Notes: a model not told the origin generated them from the letters alone. 64,000 bases of DNA from Octopus vulgaris (GCA_951406725.2 OX597816.1:116870001-116934000), one strand, 5' to 3'; numbered from the stretch's first letter, positions 28,980-41,789 are shown. Numbers and translations are program-made.

Positions 28980-29450
28980 CGCAGGAGTGGCTGTGTGGTA
29001 AGTAGCTTGCTAACCGACCACATGGTTCCGGGTTCAGTCCCACTGCGTGGCATCTCGGGCAAGTGTCTTCTGCTATAGCCTCGGGCCGACCAAAGCCTTG
29101 TGAGGGGGTTTGGTAGACGGAAACTGAAAGAAACCTGTCGTATATATGTATATATATATATTTGCTTTTCGCAGGAAGGAATTTTTCATTCGAAGTATAC
29201 GTCTCGCTTTTATCCTTCGAAACGTTTAGTAGATGAAACTTTAGCGACTGAAGAAGGGGATTTTTCGTTGTGCTTATTGTCCTGTATCTCTCTCTTTTTT
29301 TGCCTGTCTTGTTCCTTGGTTTGTGTCTATGTTTTTCGTCTCTCTATGTGTTCGACGTCTTTTTGGTGTCCTGTACACATATATGCGTGTATATGTACAT
29401 GTAGAGGTAGGTACGTACATATATGTTTATATATATACATATATTTTATT

Positions 29451-29527
<77 letters not shown>

Positions 29528-29733
29528 ATGTTTGTGTGTCTGTGTTTGTCCCTCTAGCATTGCTTGACAACCGATGCTGGTGTGTTTACGTCCCCGTCAC
29601 TTAGCGGTTCGGCAAAAGAGACCGATAGAATAAGTACTGGGCTTACAAAGAATAAGTCCCGGGGTCGATTTGCTAGACTAAAGGCGGTGCTCCAGCATGG
29701 CCGCAGTCAAATGACTGAAACAAGTAAAAGAGT
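28980..29733 (+). mobile_element. tRNA-SINE family A, full copy with a nested insertion (about 29160-29400) in its internal microsatellite
   Basis: Head 28980-29140 (tggctgtgtgg; ggttcagtccc), tail 29540-29733. Confidence 0.85.
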
Positions 29734-30227
29734 ATATATACTTAATTATTAAAGCTGCAAGAATATCACAAAAAACTGCTACTCAGAGTTTCACGTTCCC
29801 ATTCGCCGGATAGATGTGATCAAGAATGGAAAAAAATTGTGATTGTACATGCAATATGATTCAATTTGACGAATATGCACTTGAATTTAATTGGGTAATT
29901 ATGCTAACGGTTTTTTTTTAAATTTCTTTTGGGAAGTATGCAAATTAAACAGTAATATATAAATATTGTATTGTATAATATCGAAAAAGTCTTGAGTTGA
30001 AAAAAATGAATCAGATTAATTAATGATAGATAAATAAATAATTAATAGACGTGTAAGTTTGTTTCATAAATTTATAACCCATAAATTAAGTTTCTAAATT
30101 TGCTTCCTTGTGATTAGGAAGCAAGCTTCTTGCCACACATCTACAGTGTGCGTGTGTTTGCCTAAAGTTATGTAGAATCCTAATGTTATACATACACATA
30201 CATACATACGTACATACATACGTACAT

Positions 30228-30258
<31 letters not shown>

Positions 30259-30978
30259 TACATACATACATACATACATACATACATACATACATACATA
30301 CATACATACATACATACATACATACATACATACATACATACATAAGTTAATTGTGGTGCTGAGAGCTAGGATTAGAGTTTCTCAAATGTGATTGGTGTAT
30401 TTAGTAAGACATGCAGACATGGAAGATGGGATTTAATAGACAGAAAAAATCTTACATGTACAACAAAATGCTTCTCACACTTAAAATACAGGTGGGTGTT
30501 AAAAAATGAAATTACTCTCATAGAACGTTTCTTTCTATTTTATTTTCCAGATGATTCTTGAGAGGATTTGCCTCTCCTGTATTCATTCACTCATTTCTTT
30601 TTCTGTTAGAGAAAAAAAAAAAAGAAAAAAACAGAAAGCCACAGACTAAAACAAAGATTTAGTCTATTTTCAACATAGAAACGTTGATATCAATCCTCAA
30701 TAATCTGTTTCTGAATATGTTAGTGCTGTGATTGTCCAGCAGTCTATTTAGGTGACATTCACTGTTTGTAGAGAGGATTTTAGTAGGGTTTTTGTACACT
30801 ATGTTTTTCTTAGTATATATGTTTCTACATATGTGTATATGTGTGTGTGTGTGTGCATGTATACGCATATATATATTTGTGTGTGTGAGTGTGTGTATGT
30901 ATGTATATGTGAATGTATGTACGTATGTATGTGTGTATGTGTGTTATAATGTAGAACAAACAGTAAAAGGTTGTCATC

Positions 30979-31037
30979 ACAGTACTCGGAGTTTCAAATG
31001 TTGGAGCGAAGAGCTACTATACATTCTCGTCGGCTAT
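30979..31037 (-). ncRNA. Minimal hammerhead ribozyme (U4C core)
   Basis: The minus strand reads ATAG-CCGACGA-GAATGT...ACATTT-GAAACTC c GAGTA-CTGT. All three stems pair. Confidence 0.72.
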
Positions 31038-31274
31038 TAATGGCAACAGATGCTATGAAAAATCGTTAAATAAAAGAAAAGTAACTCTAATAGGTGGAAA
31101 GACAAAAAAGAAAAGAGATAAAAAATATTCTCACAATACATAGACATAAACCTCCTGCGCTCACAACGTCTACATACGTACACACACAAACATGCATGAA
31201 TACATATACAAACTCACATATATGTATGTAAATATTCATACATACACACATACCCACACACACATGTACACATG

Positions 31275-31305
<31 letters not shown>

Positions 31306-31410
31306 ATGTGTGTGTGTACACAACCTCATCTTCATGGACCTCTGGTTGTCGGCAAAGGTAGTACTGGGGGGTGCGTGAACTAAATTCAAAATTTCATATA
31401 TGTGTGTATG

Positions 31411-31487
<77 letters not shown>

Positions 31488-31677
31488 TTATATATATAAA
31501 TAAGGATAAGATCGTTAATTTAAAATGAAATAACGATTTTATCAAGTAGTCAGCATGAAACAAATAACCTTCAAAGGTAATAATTATTAAAATTAGGGCA
31601 TCTGAATGATACCACCATGCTGAAAACAGCAGCCATGATCTATTTATTTATATACATACATACATACATACATACAT

Positions 31678-31724
<47 letters not shown>

Positions 31725-31948
31725 TACATACATACATACATACATACATACATACATACATACATACATACATACATACATACATACATAAGGTTAAGCA
31801 TATTAAAAGGAGTCCGTGGAAAAACTCATTTAAATAAAAGGGGTCCTTTTGTCGTGAAAAGGTTGGGAGCCACTGTACTAAACAGTCGGCCTTTGAGTCT
31901 CTAATTTCTGCCGATTAAAAATAATACAAACATACATAGACACACAAA

Positions 31949-32741
31949 CGCGGTTTGCTCAAAAAGTATCCGGACCGGTGCTATAAAAAAAAACTACGGC
32001 ACATATCAATTCGACATTTAATCTCCTTCGAAGTGGTTCCATTCTGAAACCACACACTTTATCCAGCATCGTTTCTGTTGATTGAAGCATTCCTGGAACC
32101 CCTTTTTCTGGGATACCGTGCAGCTGATTCGTTGTATTCTCTTGGATTTCCTCGGCGTCTTGAAATCTTGTTCCTTTCAAGTAAGATTTGAAATCTGCTA
32201 CAATTGAAAGCAGCTTTGTTACAATCTTGGCAGACACACGTCTCATACATAAATCTTCAATGAGAATGGGCTGAACTGAAGCGTAACTAATATTCACATC
32301 CCCGGCCTTTCCGAACAGCTGTGGGAATATCTGCGATGTTTTCACCAGTTTTGTTGGTTGTGAGTTTCGTAGAACGTGCGTCGCTATCCACATTTTGTAG
32401 GCTATCTTGGAAATGTGTGAACCACTTGTACACTCGTGTCTGGATCATACACTCCTCTCCATGCGATTTCTGCAACTTTGCATAGGTCTCTGCACAGATA
32501 TTACCAAGCTTTTGGCAAAATTTGATGCAGATTCTATATTCCAATTTCCTCGGTGAGTCAACAACAATCTACACATTTTACTTTCAAGCACAGCTATAAA
32601 CAACGGAAGTGAACGGGAACGTTATAACTTCGTGTATTTACGTGACAGAGTTCAAGATCAATCTGTGCCTAGCAGCTCCATCCTGCGTACTTTAGCTCTG
32701 TTACCATAGCAACTGACCAGATACTTTTTGATCAGTCCTCG
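31949..32741 (-). mobile_element. Internally deleted mariner transposon
   Basis: N-terminal HTH (EYRICIKFCQKLG...VYKWFTHFQ), C-terminal LKGTRFQDAEEI, and TIRs ...tcaaaaagtatccgg / ccagatactttttga. Confidence 0.88.
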
Positions 32742-32943
32742 CATATATGCATGTGTACACAAAGGAGGAATGAGTTTCTGAGCAGACCGATTTCCACTCA
32801 CAACCCAAAGCCATTGTAGAAGACACATTTTCAATGTGCCATGCTGAGATCAAACTAGAAACAACGTCACACTAGTTAGGACGAGAATTTTGCCACCAGA
32901 GCTTTTGAATGGCTAATAAGTGTCTTTTACCCAGTAATAGTTT

Positions 32944-33125
32944 TACATTATTTACATTATTTACATTTGACGGATATTTGTCCTCATCTTGTTTGTTGTT
33001 AACACAACGTTTCGGCTGATATACCCTCCAGCCTTCTTCAGGTGTCTTGAGGAAATTTCGAACTGGGTTCTCATTCCTAAGGTAATTTTGATATTATCAT
33101 CATTATTATTATTATGATGATGATG

Positions 33126-33181
<56 letters not shown>

Positions 33182-33208
33182 TATTATTATTATTATTATT
33201 CAGGTCAC
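32944..33208 (-). mobile_element. Hammerhead-SINE, inverted 5'-truncated copy
   Basis: Reverse complement of 33290-33520, with an intact HHR at 33001-33046 (GACAC-CTGAAGA-a-GGCTG..CAGCC-GAAACGTT-GTGTT). Confidence 0.85.
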
Positions 33209-33221
33209 GCAATATGCCCGT

Positions 33222-33551
33222 GGGCATATGGCATAGTGGTTAAGAGCGCAGGCTACTAACCCCAAGATTCCGAGTTTTATTCCAAGCAGTAACCTGAAGA
33301 AGAAGAAGAAGAAGAAGAAGAAGAAGAAGAAGAAGAAGAAGAAGAAGAAGAAGAAGAAGAAGAAGAAGAAGAAGAAGAAGAAGAAGACCTTAGAAAAGAG
33401 AACCCAGGTTCGAAATTTTCCCAAGACACCTTGATGAAGGCTGGAGGGTATATCAGCCGAAACGTTGTGTTAACAACACACAAGATGAGGACAAATATCC
33501 GTCTAATGTAAATAATGTGCATAATTCTTCATCTCTTAAACATAGAACTGT
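33222..33551 (+). mobile_element. Hammerhead-SINE, full copy
   Basis: tRNA-like head, (GAA)n, HHR at 33425-33471 (one extra T in the core), and tail ctcttaaacatagaactgt matching 19682. Confidence 0.85.
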
Positions 33552-33700
33552 AATAGTTTTAGTTTCAGCCCATCTTTTCGGATTAAATCACTTGCCTAGC
33601 AAGTATACCTCTTTAAATACATACATGCATATATTTCTACCTCTCTCTATCCCTCATTACCTCTCTAGCCTCTACTCCCCCTCTGAACCTCAAAACGAAG

Positions 33701-34658
33701 ATGGCACCAAAGTGGGAAAAGAAAGAGTTAAATCTTCTGCTGAGAGCATGGACGATTGCTAGTGGCGATCCGCCGAACAACATCATCACTGCCGCGCTAA
33801 AAAACAATGGATTTCATAGAACCATTGACCAGATAGAGCGGAAGAAAAGTGAGTTTATCCGGTCTTGCATGCTTATAAGACCTCACATCAAAACACTGGA
33901 CAACATAATTGAAAATTATTGTGGCAAAGCTGATGAGGATGAAGAGGACGAAAAAGAGAAGGAAGCCGGAAGTCTCTGTAATCCAGGGGTTCCTCAGGAA
34001 AGTGGATCACCTACCCCGGTGAACGACCAGGTAGTGAAGGATAGGGGAGCCAAGGGAGCATAAACCGGAAGCCCCCTGTACCAGTGGTCCTACGAAGAAA
34101 TGAAAAATTAGAAAAACAGAAGAAAAAAGGAAGGACCGAAAACAAAAATAAGGAGGGGAAAGGAGGGAAAAGGCAAAAACAACCAAAGTTGAAACTCCAA
34201 CGCACCACACAAACAGCAGAGAACCCCATGGAGGATCCAATGCCACCCAGTACACTTCAGGAAAGAAGAAATCTGGAAGGCACCGAAGAACCTGTAAGTT
34301 CTACCTGCGGGGCAAATGTTGGCATGGTGAGGACGGCAAAAACTGCCGGTTCGCCCACCCGACACCCCGCCAGAACTGCAGGGGACTCAAAGAGAAAAAC
34401 TTTACCGTGGGAACACAAGAAATGTCTCCCAGGAAAACTTTCAAAAACGAAGTGCGCTCCTCAGATGTTCTACGCAACGCAGCAGCTGAGCAAGAGTCTT
34501 TTTTATGCATGGTGCAAAGAATTGTCCGGCAGCTAACCTGGCTACACCAAGCACAGAGAAGGAACCCTGCCCACGACTATGCAAGACCACCACAGTCAAC
34601 AGACACGGGATGGCCTCCCCTAACGCCTGCACAGCCGTCACCCCAATACTTTTACTAA
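33701..34658 (+). pseudogene. LINE ORF1: Myb/SANT-like N-terminus plus CCCH zinc finger, frameshifted
   Basis: KWEKKELNLLLRAW...LKNNGFHRTIDQIERK at 33701. CKFYLRGKCWHGEDGKNCRFAHP at 34293 is in the frame of the 34407 ORF. Confidence 0.7.
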
Positions 34659-37597
34659 AGGGGCCTGTTGCATCAAAATAGAAACAAAATTTCTTTCCTG
34701 AGAGATCTTACTGTATGCAATCAAGCCCTATGCATAGCACTTGTGGAAACTCACCTCAACCCTGATATAGAGGACGCAGAAGTACACATACCAAACTATG
34801 CCATATTGCGAACAGACAGAAGGGAAAGGAGCCATGGTGGAGTTGGTGTATACATCCGAGATGACCTCACACCCCAGATCTTAATGACATACTCAAATTC
34901 GGTATGTGACACTTTAATTGTATACATAAGGCAACATAATATAGTCATATGCAATACATATTGCCCACCGGATGCCCCAAATCACATAGGCAAGAGGCAA
35001 GTTTGAAGATTGCCTCACAAGAATTAAAGAAATCCTCATGAATCTGGAACACCACGTAACCATATTTCTTATGGGTGATTTCAACTTCCCCAACGTCAAA
35101 TGGCCCGAAGGTCACATACTCTCAGGAATGAATCATTGCAAGCAAGTACACGTGGAGTCCCTGCTCAACCTCACCAATGCCTTATTCATGGAGCAAGTTG
35201 TACTCAAGCCAACTAGGGCGAATAACATTCTGGATCTCTGCTTCACGAACAATATGGACATCATTCATGATGTGAAAGTGACACCGACATCAGTTTCGGA
35301 TCACAACATAGTAGAGCTGTCTATGTTTGGGCCAAAAGTAACTAGAGACATACAGCCTAAAGGAAGCACCCGAAATCTCTCCAATCTGAACTTCCACAAA
35401 GCAGATTGGAAATCGATCCAAAAAGAGATGCTCAGAGAGGACTGGCCGGAATGTCTCTCCACACCAGTTATTGACATGAAACTAGAATGTTTCATGTCTT
35501 CTGTGCAAGCCGTATGCCAGAAATATGTCCCAGAGCACAAGGCCAAAACAAATAGGAGCAAGATTCCAAGAGACAGGAAGATCCTCATGAGACAACGGAC
35601 GAAAGTTGCAAATCGTCTCAACCAACATCCCAAAAGTAGCGAAACGTCCCGCCTAAAAACAACACTGATGGAGATCGAAAAAAGGCTGCAACAATCCTAT
35701 GTGAAGGAGAAAGCAGACAAAGAAGCCTGGGTTATAAAAAAACATTAAATCAAACCCAAAGGCCTTCTTTCAGTACGCGAAAGAAACAGTCTCAGTGCAC
35801 TACAAGATAGGACCCCTACTCCAAAAGGATGGCTCCCTCACAGACAGTCCAACTAAGATCAGTGAGATGCTGAATGACCAGTTCAAAAGTGTCTTTACCA
35901 CCCCGCTGGAACACAGACAAGTGAACGAACCAGTGGACTTCTTTGCCGCCTCACCTATAACCAGCGAGGCGGTTACAATAGAATGTATTGACATTAGCGA
36001 AAAAGATGTCCTACTAGCCATAGATGAAGTGGACACAAACTCAGCTGCTGGTTCAGATGGTTTCCCAGCCATCCTCCTCAAAGCGTGTAAGCATGCCCTG
36101 GCAAAACCCCTCAAGATTCTCTTCCAGAGCTTTCTTGCGAATGGCAAACTGCCAAGCAAGCTAAAGGAGGGAATAACATGCCCAATACATAAAGGGTGAA
36201 GTAGAGCAGATGCCAAAAACAATAGGCCTATCTCTCTGACTTCACACATCAGCAAAGTCATGGAACGGATAGTCACAAAGAAACTAATCGCATTCCTTGA
36301 GGAAAATAACTTGCTGAGTGATACCCAGCATGGTTTTCGACCAGGTAGGAGCTGCCTGACCCAGCTCTTACAGCATTATGACTGGGTGTTGAGGTAGTTA
36401 CTCAACAAATCAAATGTGGACGTAATCTACCTTGATTTTGCAAAAGCTTTTGACAAGGTGGATCATGGTATGATATGCCACAAACTGCGTGACCTCGGCA
36501 TAGCTGGAAAACTTGGAGTGTGGTTGCATGACTTCCTGAAAGATAGGAGTCAGGCAGTAGTGGTTAATGGAGCCACCTCTATGAACACACAAATAGTGAG
36601 CGGTGTTCCACAGGGCACTGTCTTGGGACCACTGCTTTTTATAGTGGCCCTCTCAGATATGCCCTCAAATGCCCAGATAGCCACTCTGGCCAGCTATGCA
36701 GACGATACGAAAGTCTCGCAGAAAATACAGAACCCCAGTGATGTTGCACACCTGCAGCAGGAGTTGGACTCAATCTACAGATGGGCTGAGGATAATAATA
36801 TGCAGTTTAATGCTGAAAAATTCCAGGCCCTGCGCTACCAGCATCCAAAACTGAATATTAAACTTACAGGATACACCGGTCCACGGGGAATTTCAATCCC
36901 AGAGCCTAAGTCTGTGAGGGACCTGGGTATCGACATGAGTGATGATACCTCTTTCCAAGTGCACATTACCAGGATGGCGACAAAGTGCAGACGACTGGCT
37001 GGGTGGATCCTAAGAACATTCAGAACCAGAGATAAGGAAACCATGATGGTCCTCTGGCGGACATTCGTCTTCAGCCACCTGGATTACTGCTCACAGCTAT
37101 GGTCACCCACCAGTGTAAAATTAACAGCAGACCTTGAAGCAATCCAGAGAAGATTCACAAAGAAGATCGTCACTTTGCAACAGCTCAGTTACTGGGAAAG
37201 GTTGAAACAGCTAAGACTCTACTCCCTGGAGAGAAGACGGGAGAGGTATGCAATAATATATGTCTGGAAGATCCTGGAAGGAATTGTGCCAAATTTTGGC
37301 ATTGTAAGCTACACCAATGCTAGAACGGGACGACACTGCATAGTGTCAAAGATCCCAGCAATGCCATCACGCTTCATGACCAGCTTCTGCAACAGGCTGG
37401 GTTTCAAGGGCCCACAGCTTTTTAATATTCTCCCAAAGAGTCTGAGGAACTTGCACAAAGTAGATGTAGCGGTTTTTAAATCAAAGCTGGACATCTTCCT
37501 GTCAAGAGTCCCAGATGAACCTACCTCACGGCAAGAGGTACAAATGAGAGTAGCTATATCAAACTCCATTCTTCACCAAGTGCCACATATTAGATGA
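34640..37597 (+). pseudogene. LINE ORF2: apurinic endonuclease plus reverse transcriptase
   Basis: LVETHL, GGVGVYI, GDFN, LDL, SDH (APE); RPISLTS, YLDFAKAFDKVDH, GVPQGTVLGPLLF, YADD, DLGI, LDYCSQLWSP, SLERRRER. Frameshifts near 35000 and 35740, stops at 36197 and about 36395. Confidence 0.95.
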
Positions 37598-37688
37598 GGT
37601 TCGTCGTAATAACAGTGTAGCACAAAACGGCGGTGCATCAGCATGGTCGCAGCTCTGAGCTGAAACTAGAAAAATAAAATATATATAT

Positions 37689-37730
<42 letters not shown>

Positions 37731-38133
37731 CTCGGTTTCAGTTGCATATGGAAAAACATATTCTTCGCAACATGTATTGAGCACTCCTTTGTCACTCATT
37801 CGACATAAAGCAACATACGTATACACTCACACAAACACACACACATACACATATAGTATGATTTTCACATTTACTTTTGCTACATGTACTGGGGCAGCTT
37901 TGTTACTTGTTTTCTGTTGTTTTATGGGTTTATTTTTTAAAGGAGGGCTGGACGAACTTATTGTCGTTATCACCAACAGATTAAGAACTACTTTTGACTT
38001 AATACGAATAAAAATAACAATGATGTTGACGATATGACTGACATGATGACTATAGTGATGACGAGCATAAGACATTCGATCATCTATAAATGATAATGTG
38101 ATGCTGGAACACACACACACACATACATAATAC

Positions 38134-38240
<107 letters not shown>

Positions 38241-38456
38241 CATATGTGCATATATACATATATATATATATCTGTGTGTGTTTGTGTATATATATATATA
38301 TATATATATATACATAGCTAGAAGTTTTCCATATCTCTTACTTTTGCTTTAAAATGCAAAGGAAAGAGCATAGCCATCAAAAAAACATTGATGGCGATAT
38401 TACTAATAGTAATAATAATAATGATGATAATAATTATTATTTCCATTATTATTATC

Positions 38457-38510
<54 letters not shown>

Positions 38511-38731
38511 TATTATTGCTATTATTATTATTATTATTATGACATGAAGAAGAAGGAGGAGCAGGAGAAGGTGGAGGAGGAAGGCAGCGGTTGCAGAGAT
38601 GGTGGTGACGACGACCATGATAACAAGAATGATGATCATGGAGGAGAGGATGGTGACGGTAAATTAATATAGACAGATAGACAGACAGACAGACAGATAT
38701 ACATACATACATACATACATACATACATACT

Positions 38732-38815
<84 letters not shown>

Positions 38816-38817
38816 TT

Positions 38818-38941
<124 letters not shown>

Positions 38942-39218
38942 TATATACACACACACACACACAGATATCATCTGTCTATGAATGGAGAACTGCAATACGA
39001 ACGACGAAAAGAAGATATGAAAGTGAGAGTACTTTGGAATTGATGAGAAAGAAATTTTCCATATCCTGCTAGACATGATGACGAGTATACACTCAGTTCC
39101 TTCACAAAGGTTAATGCAAAATAGTTTTCAGGATTAAGAATTTTATATCAGCTAAATGCAAGTATTTAATAGTAAAAAAAACAAACAAAAAAGGCTGAAA
39201 AAGCAACATTAACAACAG

Positions 39219-39222
39219 CTAC

Positions 39223-39265
<43 letters not shown>

Positions 39266-39740
39266 TTCTTGGCGATGACGACGTCAATAGCATGATAACG
39301 ATGATTTTAACGACGTTGGTGATGATGGTGAGGATGATGGTGCTATTAACGATGACGATGCTAATGATGTTCGTAACGTCGACGGTGGTGACCGCGATGG
39401 CGGCGGCGGCAGTGTTGGTGTTGGTGGTGGTGGTGGTGGCGGTGGTGGTGGTGGTGGTTATAGCGGTGGTGGTAGCGATGGTAGTGATGGTTAGTGCTGG
39501 TGGTGATGGTGATGGGTGATGATTAGAATGAGGAGGAGGAGGTGGAGGCAGGGGGGAGGAGGAGGAGGACGACGACGACGACGACAACGGCGACAACAAC
39601 AACAGTGACGGCCGAAAGTGTAGAGTCGGCGGCAGCGGCAGTGGCGACGACAACTGTGAAGGAGAGGGGTGATGACGCTAATGATGACGTTAATGATGAT
39701 GTTTTTATGACGACGACGACGACAGCAAAAAAGAACAAAA
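39219..39740. repeat. (AAT)/(GAT)/(GGT)/(GAC) trinucleotide mosaic
   Basis: Low complexity, with open frames on both strands. Confidence 0.8.
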
Positions 39741-40242
39741 ATAATGTTCCTAATCATTTTTCTATGGCAAAACGAAAAACAAATGAACAACATACGTATC
39801 ATGTATGACCACTTTAAAGTAGCTTTTGCTTGTAATTCCTGTAAAAACGTAAAAGATCTGGTTTTTGTCGATATTTGTTTGTTTTGTTTTTTCTATTTAA
39901 AAGATATAATACAAGGAAAGAAACAGTAGACGATGGAAATGTAAGAACTAAGTAGAGAACAAAAAAACAAAAACAAATTAGATATGACAAAATCCAAAGA
40001 CAAAGAAAAGCCAAGAAAGAAATATTTGCCTCTAACGGTTACATTGATCTTACATCATAGAAGAATGTTACACATTGTCCATCACCTGCTTTCGATGTGG
40101 TAGCAAGACTCAAGCACGATGTTAAAATGCAAAATGAGGACTGTTTTGAAACGAAATCGTATAACTACTGAACAAAAAATATATATATATTATGTGTTAT
40201 AATGTGTGTGTGTGTGTGTGTGTGTGTGTATGAACGCGTGTG

Positions 40243-40275
<33 letters not shown>

Positions 40276-40524
40276 ATGTATACATGCATATATATCTTAT
40301 ATATATATATATATATATATACATGGACATACATGCATACATACATACAAAGACATACAAAGTGATAGATACGAATATTTATTATTCAATAGTTTCAAAA
40401 TTTCATTTTATATATATACATACACACATACACACATACACGCATACATACATACATACATACATACATACATACATACATACATACATACATACATACA
40501 TACATACATACATACATACATAAA

Positions 40525-40906
40525 GCTGAAGATAAGTGAATAAGAGAATAATTACGTTGAACTATTGAGAAACCTGCAGTTACTCATTCCAGATAACAAG
40601 TTCAGGTTTATACCTGTAATTATTGGGGCCCTGGAATATGTAATACACTGCCTAAATACCAACCTTGAGAAATTAGGCTTCTCAAAATCAGAAAGGAGAA
40701 AGCTAATTCAAAGGCTACAGATCCAATCCATCTCTGGAACTGTAAAGACATGTAAGACTTTGCAGAAGTTTATCATTTAAATATATGTGAGCATGTCTAG
40801 ATAACTACATGCATGAAAATACATACATAAAACATACAAATCTACATACATACATACATACATACGTACATACATACATACATACATACATACATACATA
40901 CATACA

Positions 40907-40937
<31 letters not shown>

Positions 40938-41046
40938 TACAAAATACCCTGTTGTTGATGTTGAATTTCCAATGAAGGAGCTTTGGATCTAGGTTAGAAA
41001 CCGGCTCTTTATCTATTGGCAAGAAACCTTGAAATAAAACTGAACA
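40525..41046 (+). mobile_element. R4/Dong-type (restriction-like endonuclease) LINE 3' end
   Basis: FIPVIIGALEYV...LEKLGF...LQIQSISGTVK matches the PV.IGALG C-terminus. The 3' UTR contains (TACA)n. Confidence 0.7.
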
Positions 41047-41451
41047 ATGATATACATACAAAGACAAACAGAGAGAGAGAGAGAGAGAGAGAGACGAATA
41101 GTCATTATTCAACTTTCAAAATTTCATTTTGTGTGTGTGTGCATACATGCATGTCTACAAGCATGTATATGCCCATCCACTCATACATATACATATAAGA
41201 ATTGTGTAGAAGATGAGTGCAAATGCTTCTGTGAAGTATACTTTTGAAAATTTTAATATCCAGACGTATAAAATTGAAGAGGTTTTCGATTACAGATTAC
41301 TGCTCAAAAGATTTTGCTAAACATTTTTGCACATTTTATGCATGTCTACAGCCATTGTCGTATAATTATGAACTTCGTTTCGATCTTCTGATTGCACCTT
41401 GCATATGTGTCTTCTACTGTTACCTCAGATTAACTAATACTATGCGTGTAT

Positions 41452-41522
<71 letters not shown>

Positions 41523-41557
41523 CATATATATATATACATATATATACATATATATAC

Positions 41558-41624
<67 letters not shown>

Positions 41625-41789
41625 AGTAGTTGAATGAATTATCTTATTAAGGATAATTCGAATTAACCGATATCTGGGTAGCAAATTCAAATCAGAAAAA
41701 ACACGGTTGAAGTTACGTGTCTAGGGCATAGATTACGTGCTTTCGTGTGGAAATTTGTATGTTTATTTTAAAAATATAAATATATGAAA

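Larger units (their letters stand above)
33555..37680 (+). mobile_element. Near full-length CR1-clade LINE (5' UTR, ORF1, ORF2, 3' UTR), inactivated
   Basis: Collinear ORF1, APE, RT and 3' tail, interrupted by frameshifts and stops. Confidence 0.92.

Noticed and set aside
31318-31880. hAT-type MITE
   Set aside because: The right end ggttgggagccactg is suggestive, but a matching left TIR and target duplication were not found.
33222-33295. Functional tRNA gene
   Set aside because: The acceptor and T stems are imperfect and it runs into a repeated body, so it is a SINE head.
36197-36199. In-frame TGA in ORF2 as selenocysteine or readthrough
   Set aside because: It falls at an expected Gly (KGG, probably GGA>TGA) in a copy with other stops and frameshifts.
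35301-37569. Antisense ORFs within the LINE
   Set aside because: Shadows of the RT coding strand.
39219-39808. Ser/Pro/Thr-rich, mucin-like ORFs
   Set aside because: Trinucleotide mosaic with no domain and no splice context.
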